Shown here one piece after another: positions 51,054 to 61,261 of a DNA stretch of 64,000 nt. Below the pieces are notes generated by a model. That model did no database searches and was not told the DNA's origin. It was given only the letters and a program-made list of their open reading frames with translations. Location of the stretch: positions 420,561-484,560 of the forward strand of contig NW_008246075.1 in NCBI RefSeq assembly GCF_000281045.1, written 5' to 3'. Both the position numbers and the translations under genes were made by a program. Source of the DNA: Saprolegnia diclina VS20 (Eukaryota). Each line of letters opens with the position of its first letter. Position 1 is the first letter of the stretch.

Positions 51054-51751
51054 CTCCTTGTCCGTCGGCGCAAACCCCACTGATGATGCGAGTGGCGGCC
51101 GCGTATTTTTTCGCCACTTTTAAAAGACTCGGCCAAACCATTGACTTTTTGTATGTCGCATGGCAGAGCCGCATTAAAATAAACGGAACGGAGACATAAT
51201 AATAACGGCAAGCACCGAATCCAGCGTACAGTACGCGACCGACGGACGCCGGCGACGACGCGGTCGCATCACACTTGGCGTCGCCGCAGGAGGAACTGAT
51301 GGCGGCTCGACGAGGATGGCTGCGGTGACGGCGGCAACAGCCAGCGACGATGGCGTCGGGTCCATGCGCCGACTGCAAAGACGGCGCCGCCATGGCGCAG
51401 CCGCAACCGCAACCTCTCGCTGACAATGCTGCGTCGACCGTCAATGACACGGTAGTACTGGCATGGCCCCGCTGGATGGCGGCCGCGGCGTCTATGCACG
51501 CCAACGGCCAACTTCAGAAATGCACCTGCGCCTGTCCTGGGCATCATGGTAGGATACGTCGCATGTGGCGACCTTCCGTGCGAATAGCATGCCCGTGCGA
51601 GACGTGAGTTGGTAGAGGCGTGCGGAGCGGCAGTTGCGTGAGCGTGGTCGTAGTACCATGCTCGTCGGCGACACCAACGAGGCTTCTCAAGGCAAATGCG
51701 GGAGCTACATGTAGGCGGCGAGAGCGATGGAAGGAGCACGTGTTACACAAA

Positions 51752-52681
51752 TTACGCGGCAAGCGGCTGGCGGCGGATGATCTCGATCCAGTAGCCGTCA
51801 ATGTCCTTGATAAACGCGAGGCCCTTCATGCGGCCGTCGTCGGGCTTCTTCTGGAACTGCACGCCGAGCTCTTCCATGGCCGCGCACGTCTCGTACACGT
51901 CGTCGACGATGAGCGCGAGGTGGCCAAACCCACGGTACGGCTCCGTGTTGCCGTTGAGGTACTCAGTCGGCGCGTTATCAAACTGGCGCAGCTCCAGCAC
52001 CGTGCCCAATTGGTCCGCAAGCCATGTCGGCGACGACGCGTCCGCGGCCACCGACCCGAGAAAGTACGAGGTCGACTGGTCGTCCTCGTTGCGCTGCGTG
52101 CCGTACAGCGAGAGGCCGCAAATGCGCTGGTAAAACTCAGCGCTCGCCTTGCCGTCGCGGACGCGGATCATGCTGCGGTGCCAGGACGGGTTCGGGTTGG
52201 TCGCGGCCGCGCTGCGCTCCTCAACGCGGACCGAGTACCCATCCGGGTCGGCTGTCACGAGCGCCGCCTTGTCGTCCTTGGCGGTGAAGCCATCGGCCTT
52301 GAGCGCCGCGCGCGCCGCGCCGAGACGGCCCGACGGCACCTTGAAGCCGACGTAGCCAAAGCAGCTGAGCGGCGCCGTGTTGCCGGCGTGGTAGGCAAAG
52401 GCCGGGTCGGCTTCGGTGCCGTGGTTGTGCGTGAGCTCGAGCGTGCATCCGTACTCGCCCGACCAAACGTAGTCGATGGTCTTCTTGGATTCGGGCAGCG
52501 TCGTCGTCGGGAGCGAGACGAGGAAGTAGAGGCTAAAGTCGGAAAAGTGCGCCGCGTGCGCCAGCGTCATGTTGAAATGCTTCTCGTAGAAGGCCACGCT
52601 CTTCTTCGGGTCCTTCACGCGCAGCATCGTCTGGTTGAAGATGACCGTCTTGAGCGACGTCGCGAGGCGCTGGGAAGCCAT
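51752..52681 (-). CDS. GLO1: Lactoylglutathione lyase (glyoxalase I), two-domain monomeric type
   Basis: FNQTMLRVKDPKKS, LELTHNHGTE, GFGHLAL, MKGLAFIKDIDGYWIEI. Confidence 0.93.
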   Translation of the reverse strand: MASQRLATSLKTVIFNQTMLRVKDPKKSVAFYEKHFNMTLAHAAHFSDFSLYFLVSLPTTTLPESKKTIDYVWSGEYGCTLELTHNHGTEADPAFAYHAGNTAPLSCFGYVGFKVPSGRLGAARAALKADGFTAKDDKAALVTADPDGYSVRVEERSAAATNPNPSWHRSMIRVRDGKASAEFYQRICGLSLYGTQRNEDDQSTSYFLGSVAADASSPTWLADQLGTVLELRQFDNAPTEYLNGNTEPYRGFGHLALIVDDVYETCAAMEELGVQFQKKPDDGRMKGLAFIKDIDGYWIEIIRRQPLAA

Positions 52682-53725
52682 GCTTGTCTTGTCGGTCACA
52701 GAATGAAAATGAGGCTACGCTCAAAGCATCGCTGGAAGGTTCCCGACTTCAGCGGTTCCAGTTGGTCCGCGGTTCGCAGATGGTATCCGGATGATCCAGG
52801 ATACACCGCGGTGCTCGTGCAACTGAGAGATGCTTTGATCAGTAGTAAGTCGAGCGGCCATGAGTCCATGCGAGGGCTAGTATACCTTGCTGGGTGAGAT
52901 GGCCGTAAAGACAGCGGCACCAATGACGCTCGTCATATTCGTTTCCGGTGGCAGTGATATCCTGTTGAACCAGGTGCACGGGGAGGCAATATGCTGTCTG
53001 CAGAGAGTACTACGCAGCTAGTGCTCGTACCAGCACAACTACCGTCCAGTCTTTCTCCGTACATCCGAGTGGCCCGCTGCCTTGTTTGAGCTCATGGTAG
53101 GAACCTCTTGGCTGCACCCAATGGAATGGTGCACGGCAGAAGCCGCAGGACGCCCGAGATGCCGGGGCCGAAATGATTGCTTGGACCAAGGAGCTCCATG
53201 CTTGAACGCACCGTCCACCCAACGTTGAAGCTGGACTAGTTTAACGAAGCGCGCTGGTCAACGAAGGTAAACCGGCCAAGGCGACGCAACGTGGACCAAA
53301 GCGATGGAAGCAGCCAAGCGGCAATGTGAACCGTTCGGACAAGAACCACGAAGAGCGCGTCAAGGGTTGGATCAATCGAGGCGGTCGAAGCTGGAGGCCA
53401 ATTAACCAACCACCTTTACGTCAAGCGTAGGGTGCACTGCGCTTATGTATTTTTGCCTTGGCTCGCGAACCAACGTGGAATACCCTTCCGGCGGCTCACT
53501 ATCTTCTGTGACGCGGAGAGCAAAAAGGCTCCCAGGAGCCATTGCACTCTCTGGTCAGTTGGTCGCGTCGTGGCAGGGCCATTTCCGCAACTGAGCGCAG
53601 TGAACATGGAGCTAAAGCTTTCGTACGCTCTTGGCCACGGTGTAAATGTTAAAGCCCACGGCGATTCAAACACGCATCGTAGCTTGGCACTTTAAAAGCA
53701 TGAAAACATTTTCTTCGAGTATTCG

Positions 53726-54787
53726 CTAGTTCGTCGTACTAGTACACGCCTCGAGATGCGCGACGGCGGCCTCGATGGTCACGATGGCCTCAGCCACGTA
53801 CTGCGCGTCCTTTTCTGGCCAGGCGCCAATCTGCCACGGAGCAAACCCTTGGATGAGCTGGTGCACATGCCAGCGCTGCGTGTACTCTTCCCGGTTTTCG
53901 TACTCGAGTGACGGAACGTAGCTCAGAACGTTCCGGTCCTCAAACGATGCGTCGACGTACTCACGCCAGCGAGGCATCACACCGCACCACTCCCAGTCCA
54001 GAATACCAGACACCACATTCTGGTCGTCGACGAGCATGTTACGAAAGGCAAAGTCCCCGTGGAAGAGCACGAGTGGCGACGGCGACATTGTCGTCTCCAG
54101 ATACTGCTTCAGTGCAGCGCGCGCAGGTGCCACGAGGAATCGAAGCGGTGCCAGCGCCTCTGCAGTTAGCGTCTGGCGTACTTGGTTCTCAAAGAGCGTG
54201 CCCAGCCAGTCGGCCTCCGAGTCAAACGGGCCCCAGTTGCCGTCAAAGTATGGACCAACGATCGGGGTTGCCCCATCGTTGTCAAACACCCAGCCGCCAA
54301 TCTGAGAGAAGCGCGGTGTCTGGAGCGTTTTCAGAATCGTCTGGATCTGAAGGGCAAGCTTTGCTCGCGTGGCCTCATCAGCGCCATCCCAGACGTCGTC
54401 GAGGAGGCGACCCGGCAGCTTTTCCATGAGCATCCAGCGCACGTGCCACGTCGGATCGCTCACTTCGTTGAAAGCGATGAGCTTGGGCACAGGAATGTCC
54501 AGCTTCCAGTAGCGCACCGCGGCGAGGGATGCGGCTTCAGCAACGATCTTGGTCGCAGGCCATGAGTCTTTCGTGAGCCGAAGGATGTACGAGCGCTGGT
54601 CCGGCGTCGTCACGACGTAGCAGTGGTTGTTGAAGCCGACTCTGACATCCGCGATGGCCGCGACCTTGGGGAATTCGGGCAACTTGACGCGGATCAGCGC
54701 CGTTGCAAGGGCCGCATCCATTGCAATGTCGACATAATGCGGCGAGTCTGATGACGCCATGACCAATTGCCAACTGACTTTGGCCAT
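53726..54787 (-). CDS. Aminoglycoside phosphotransferase / choline kinase-like protein
   Basis: GFNNHCY, YILRL, IPVPKL, MEKLPG, LFHGDFAFRNMLV, GILDWE. Intronless. Confidence 0.88.
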   Translation of the reverse strand: MAKVSWQLVMASSDSPHYVDIAMDAALATALIRVKLPEFPKVAAIADVRVGFNNHCYVVTTPDQRSYILRLTKDSWPATKIVAEAASLAAVRYWKLDIPVPKLIAFNEVSDPTWHVRWMLMEKLPGRLLDDVWDGADEATRAKLALQIQTILKTLQTPRFSQIGGWVFDNDGATPIVGPYFDGNWGPFDSEADWLGTLFENQVRQTLTAEALAPLRFLVAPARAALKQYLETTMSPSPLVLFHGDFAFRNMLVDDQNVVSGILDWEWCGVMPRWREYVDASFEDRNVLSYVPSLEYENREEYTQRWHVHQLIQGFAPWQIGAWPEKDAQYVAEAIVTIEAAVAHLEACTSTTN

Positions 54788-55910
54788 TCAAGGACTGTTG
54801 TTGAATGATTTGCCGGGTGCACGTTCCCAGAAAGCGCGGTTGGCGCTGGCGATGCCACGTCATGCGAGAAACTGCCAAGTCACTTGTGTTGGCATTGCCG
54901 CTAGTGATCCAAGCTCTTCCATTCTTTGATAATCGAGCTTCCCAGACTCAAACGAGAGCCGCAGAAGTGCGTCATGGTCCCAGCGCTGGAGCAGCTCTAG
55001 CGTCGGCTACGCCAACCGAATCGCAAACTAGCTCTGGTAGATGCAGCAGACTACGTTCAAGACGACAATGGATGTGGTCATGGCGCTGCCGAGGTGTCGA
55101 GCAGCATGATCGTACGGATACTAGTTTGGGTCCACGACAACATGACCGGACGAAATCGTTCGAGCGCGATCGGCAGATACGTCTTAACTGTCCGAACCGA
55201 TGACAGTTTTGGTGCAAGGTCCGAAGGTACTCACTGTCAACAGAGAGCAGACCGCACTGGTCAGTATGGTCCACACGCTTCCAGCTTCTGTTACAACGTC
55301 GCTGCACGCTTGGTGCCACCAGCGAGAGAGAGCCGCCAACCGCGGCGGTCCTTCGGGTTTGCTCAGCGATTTTCTGAGCTTGCCAAAGTACCAGAGTGCA
55401 TGTCCCGTCGGCAGCTCCCCGTTGCCGATCGCGTGCAGCCGAGATATGCTAGGCGAGGTAATTGTGCTGTAATAAAGGTCTTGCTCTGCCTTCCATCGAC
55501 GGCCCCGCTTGGCCAACCGGACATGCCGCCGCGCTTCAACACGCTTTCGAAGTGCAATCTCAATCTCAAACCGTGTGGGTGCAATTCATTTCGCCATCCA
55601 AGTGCAAGTTTGTATACCAAATGCACCTAGGGGTTGCTGATCTACCCTGTTTACATCGTAATAATTTTAAAACAAAAGGCCGATACAACCGATGGCTTTT
55701 TTCGCGAAACAGAAAACCCTGCCTGACCAAATGTGCCGAAAATGATAGAACAAATAAAATTGCTCGTGCGACTCTGGCTCGAATTCCTTCGCGCGCTCAT
55801 TGGCCAACTGGAACCAATCACAGATGGCGAATCCATCGTCGTCCGGATATGGTGGCAGCTGGCGCTGGCGGCCACAGCAAACAAAACAAGGCGGAAGCGG
55901 CGCCGCGGCC

Positions 55911-58133
55911 ATGGTCTTCTTCAAGAGACGCAAGGACGAGGTCGAGGCCGTCGACGACGACTTCATGGAGATCATACGCATCGAGCGCGTCGTCAACGAG
56001 CTCATGAAGCGCAAGACGTGCCACAGCCGGCACGGGCTGCGCGACACGGAGAGCGACTCGGTGCTGCCGCCGTCATCAACGAGTGGCGGACCGCCGATGA
56101 TGGCCATCGAGCTCGACCAGCCAACGACGACACTGGCTGCATCGAACAGCGCACAGAGCCTGCACAACAACAGCCCTGACTTGGACGCGACACTTTTCTA
56201 CCGCATGAGCTGCCGCTTCCTGGACCCATACCTCGAGGCCATCTACCAAGAGTACTGCCTTCTGCACTGGTACGCCCGTGCGCGCAACGTCGTGTGCCTC
56301 CTCATTCTGCTGCACGTCGTCTTCTTCCTCGTCTACTGGATGAAGGACGAGCCCAACATTGGCAAAAACAAGATGAACGGAAAAGACCTCTTTGCGCCCA
56401 ACTACTCCAACCCGCACGAGTACTTGCAGTGGGCGTACCTGCTTCTCGCGCTGCCGTACCTCTCGTGGGTCGACGAGTCGAGTCCGCTCCGCAGGCGCTG
56501 GAAGATGACGTTAACGTTCATCCTCCTCTTCTTCATGACTGGCATCCAAGTACGTCGCCGTCTTCAAAGTGCGTACCCTCACGAGTCGCTTATAGATCTG
56601 GTTTGCCTACATGAGCCAAGAAGCGACGACGCGCTTTGACGACGCGATGCGGTCCGCGCAGACCGAGGAAGGATGCAACTCGACGGCCTATCTCAACATG
56701 GACTTCCCGCTCATGAGCCTCAACCTGTACAGCGCACTCGTCTCTGTCGGCTCGGTCTTTGTCGTCCTCGTCGGCGCCACGCTCGGCGTCATCTTCCACC
56801 TCGATTTTCCCCACGTCGTCTCGCTCCTCGTGCTCTCGATTGTGTCGCTCACCTGCGTCCTATACGCATATGCGCTGACGCCGCAAGCCGTGCTCCTCAC
56901 GGGCGTCATCTTTCCCGGCATCCTCCTCTGCATTACGTGCTACTACTCGGACCGCGCCGCGCGCCGCGCCTTCTTGGCCAAGCTCCACGTCGAGAAGGAG
57001 AACGCCGACCTCCAAGACAAACTGGACGCGGCCGAAGCGATGCTCATGAACGACCCGGCCTGCGACGCCGAGACCGAGGCGGTCAACGGCACTCTAAAAT
57101 CCAAGCACCTCCAAGTGGTCGCGATCCCGTTTGCGGACCTCCAGTTTCTTCAGATCATTGGCCGCGGGGCGAGTGGCGAAGTCATCAAAGTACTTACTTC
57201 TTTGCGCTACGATTTCAAATTTGACGCTGTTCGTAGGCGCGGTATCTGGGCACGATGGTCGTCTGCAAGCGCATGCGCCGTGAGCAGATCACCGTGTCGT
57301 CGATCGAGCACTTTCGCGAAGAGATTGAGCTCGTGTCATGTCTCCGGCATCCCAACATTGTGCAGTTTATCGGTGCCAGCTGGGACAACTGCTCCAACGT
57401 GTGCATGGTGCTCGAGTACATGGAGCAGGGCGATATGCACAACGTCCTCCACTCGGCGCTCGGCCGCGCGTTCGTGTGGAGCGACCCGCTCTTGAAGATG
57501 GCGGTCGATGCTGTCCAAGGCATGCTCTATTTGCACTCGCAAGGTATAATTTTCGGCGCTTTTGAGTTTGCCGTTTGAGTTTGCACTTTAGAACCACCGG
57601 TGATCCACCGCGATCTCAAGAGCGTCAACCTCCTCTGCTCGGCGACCTTTGGCTGTAAAGTGAGCGACTTTGGCTTGAGCCGGCGCTACAAGAAGGACCT
57701 CGACGCGCTCACGACGGTCGTCGGCACGCCGTTCTGGCTCGCACCTGAAGTCATTCGCAACGAGCGCTACGGCATTGGCGCCGATGTCTACTCGTTTGGC
57801 ATTGTGCTCACGGAGCTCGAGACACGACAGACACCGTACCACGAGATCAACGAGACGGGCCTCAAGGTCATGATGCGCGTCGCACGGGACGGACTCCGGC
57901 CGTCGCTGCCCAATACGTGCCTGCCGCAGCGCCGTAAGCTCATTGAGGACTGTCTCCGCGACCGCCCGTCCGAGCGCCCGAATTTCGTTGAAGTGCTTTT
58001 GCGTCTCCAAGGCGAGGTCCGTGAAGAGATCGAAGCCGACGCCGAGCGGTTCGCGCAGGACCGGCGCGCGCTACTGCGGCAAAAAGCCATGTTTGAACAC
58101 GCCCGGCGCAACGGTGGCTACGAGCTAGTGTAG
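55911..58133 (+). CDS. Multi-pass membrane TKL protein kinase, spliced
   Basis: IGRGASGEV, HPNIVQFIGA, HRDLKSVNLL, DFGLSR, GTPFWLAPE. N-terminal multi-TM region. Confidence 0.92.
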
Positions 58134-58835
58134 ACCCTCGTCATCTCTATTATTTATTCCGCCCCAATAATGTAGTACCCGATTTTGACCTGTAGCGCAT
58201 CGCCAAGAGTCCTCTCGTCCTAGCACGATGGACGATGGCGCTGGAAGTCTCTTCCCATCGGAGCGGTCGTGGCCATACGAACGTTCGGGACAAAGCGCGA
58301 CAAGACCGACGCTACAGCGATGTGGACGTGCGCGAGAGGCGGGATACAGGTTGAAGATGGCGAAGCGCACGCAGATAATCTTGAACGCTGCACCCTTGCC
58401 GCCTCAACAACCGCTTGTTGCGATCCCGCCACATACGCATTACACGCTCGGTCGCGCCATTGCTGTCGCCTGCTAGCGTGGCGAGGCTGCGCGTGCGGTG
58501 GCCATGCGCTGGCGGTTTCCTGGCAACGACGCCACTTGGCACCCGAACTAGCGGCCGACGCCGGCCTCGCGAGCCTTCGGACGTGCGACATGCCCCTGCC
58601 GGCGGCAGACCAACTTCAAGAACCATCGGCGTCGCACCGCCCACAGCCCGCTTTGCTTGCCGTTGAGGTCCTGATTGGCTGCCTTTCACCTTATGCGACA
58701 CGCTCGAATCCGCACTTGCTCCGTCTTTAGCTTGGTTTTTGTATACATCGCACTTGAGCGGGTCGACGGCAGTGGATCGGATTGGCCGTGAGAGTGGGAT
58801 GACGTCATCCGAGCGCGTGGGGCGCCGTTGAGTTT

Positions 58836-58850
58836 TCACTTTGGAATTTC
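58836..58850 (+). promoter_or_regulatory. Inr/FPR core promoter motif (transaldolase), with reverse CCAAT at 58781-58785
   Basis: TCACTTTGGAATTTC 44 bp before the ATG. Confidence 0.6.
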
Positions 58851-58879
58851 CCTCGAAGCCTCCACTCAGTTCTATTACC

Positions 58880-59845
58880 ATGGCGTCGCAACTCGACCAG
58901 CTCAAGCACCTCACGACCGTCGTCGCCGACACGGGCGACTTTGCCTCGATCGCCAAGTACCAGCCGCAGGACGCGACGACGAACCCGTCGCTCCTCTTCA
59001 AGGCCGCGCAGATGCCCCAGTACGCGGACCTCGTCACGGACGCGATCGCGTACGGCCAGTCGCTCTCGGGCGTCACGGACGAAGAGCGCCTCGGCCACAT
59101 CATTGACCAGCTCAGCGTCAACTTTGGCAAGAAGATCCTCGAGATCGTGCCCGGCTACGTCTCGACCGAAGTCGACGCGCGCCTCAGCTTTGACACGGCC
59201 GCCACGATCGACCGCGCCCACCGCATCATTGGTATGTACGAAGCCGCGGGCATCAGCAAGGACCGCATTTTGATCAAGATTGCCAGCACGTGGGAAGGCA
59301 TTGAGGCCTGCAAGTTCCTTCAGCAGGAGGGCATCAAGTGCAACATGACGCTCCTCTTTGGCTTCCCCCAGGCCGTTGCGTGTGCCGAAGCCGACGCGAC
59401 GCTCATCTCGCCGTTCGTCGGCCGCATCTTGGACTGGTACAAGGCCAAGACGGGCAAGGCGTACACGTCGGTCGAGGACCCGGGCGTCGTCTCGGTCACC
59501 AACATTTACAACTACTACAAGAAGCACGGCTACAGCACGATTGTGATGGGCGCCAGCTTCCGCAACACGGGCGAAGTGCTCGAGCTTGCCGGCTGCGACC
59601 GCCTCACGATCTCGCCCAACCTCCTCGAAGAGCTCGCCAACTCGACGGACGTCGTCACGAAGAAGCTCGACGCCGAGGCCGCGCAGGCCAACTACAACGG
59701 CGCCAAGGTGACCTTCACGGAGAAGGAGTTCCGCTTCGCTATGAACGAAGATGCGATGGCCACCGAGAAGCTCTCGGAAGGTATCCGCGGCTTCTGCGCC
59801 GACATTGTCAAGCTCGAGGACATCCTCAAGGCCAAGCTCCAGTAA
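58880..59845 (+). CDS. TAL1: Transaldolase
   Basis: [52 protein letters not shown]. Confidence 0.98.
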   Translation: MASQLDQLKHLTTVVADTGDFASIAKYQPQDATTNPSLLFKAAQMPQYADLVTDAIAYGQSLSGVTDEERLGHIIDQLSVNFGKKILEIVPGYVSTEVDARLSFDTAATIDRAHRIIGMYEAAGISKDRILIKIASTWEGIEACKFLQQEGIKCNMTLLFGFPQAVACAEADATLISPFVGRILDWYKAKTGKAYTSVEDPGVVSVTNIYNYYKKHGYSTIVMGASFRNTGEVLELAGCDRLTISPNLLEELANSTDVVTKKLDAEAAQANYNGAKVTFTEKEFRFAMNEDAMATEKLSEGIRGFCADIVKLEDILKAKLQ

Positions 59846-61261
59846 TTCTTCTTCATAGCCCCTAATCCATCTAGTTTTTTTGTACTCGGGTGTAAAGCCG
59901 GACATCAGCCGTCACAGAACCGACTGTGACTGGCGACGTTGGCGGTTTCGTTGCAGATATCGAGGCTGCTTGCAGCGGCGTCGTGGCAACAGGTTGTCTC
60001 CCACCTTCGGGAGGTATGTGGCCATATCGGAGCATCGCAATCGTCTCTTCGAACGCAGACATACCAAGACTCTTTGGTGGTGCCAAGGTACAGTCTGTAG
60101 TGACATCGGGCACTCAAAGGGCTTGTGGGGTTTGTCACCCCAAAGTCCGAGACGATGCTATAGGAGTGCGGAAGGTACAAGTCCGAGAGGTTGCATCTCG
60201 GCGAACAAGAGATGGCGTTGAAGCAGATCTCACGGGACGCCGTGACAGCGCCTGGTCACGCAAATGACGTGGCGGCAGGACAGGTTAAAACGCCTCATAT
60301 CCGGATAAATCCGGATAAACAACCCGAACAACCTGCCATTTGCATCGAGAGGAATGCGCCTGTGACGTGGCCCTCTGTGCAGGCACACCCAGCCCAACTT
60401 AAACGTCGAGTGGCCCCAGCCCACTGCTCTTGATATACATGTAATGTATATACTCTTCACGCCCTTGCGTTTTGCAGGGCGAGCAAGGCGCGTCTATTCA
60501 AAGGCAAAATGCTCGCGCAAGGGCTGCCAGGCATCGACGGCAACGCTCTAAACCTCGCAGCCTCGTGGCAATCAATGATTCTCGCCCACATCTGGACCTT
60601 GACGGCAACAACATTGTCAAATGTAGAAGCGGTGAAGGAGGTTGTCGTCCGGCTCTGGCGTCGTCTGGAATCGTCATGTGTTGATGGTTGTGTACCCAGC
60701 ATCCGCATCAACTGCGTAACCCTCTGCGGCGGACTGGGGATTGTAAAACAAAGCGACGAGGCTCATCATGCAGGCAAGTCTGTAGACCCATCTTTTCACA
60801 CCCTTTTCATTATTGGCTGGGTCCAATCTCCAAGCTCCAATGACGCAGAATGCATGACGCACATGCCAAAAATCCAGCAGACAACCATCCATACCACTGG
60901 CCTACAAGACCAGGTGCACAGCGTTTGGCCGACCAGCGACTCGAGAATGGCACTGTATGAAGATACCTCGCAAAATGCACTTGGCAGCAAGAGGGGCGTG
61001 CATGAGACGATGCACCGAGCATGGCGGGAGTGCCACAACGTCATAGAAGGGCAGGTGGGACCCCGGGGCACAGGGCCATGGAAGCCAAAATAAAAACCAG
61101 CACCAAGACAACCCAGCCACGAATCCAGTATTTAATTCGTTTGATATACAACATTTGTATTGGGAATAAAATATCGGCAATATTAATATTGCAACATGTC
61201 GCAGCCCCAGCGAACTACGCCAGCGAGATGTCATTTCCGCGATTGAACTCGACCGGCAGCG

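Noticed and set aside
49086..51083. 665-aa + strand ORF
   Set aside because: Antisense shadow of the kinesin CDS; strong GC3 bias removes stops on the opposite strand
58805..59905. 366-aa - strand ORF
   Set aside because: Antisense shadow of transaldolase
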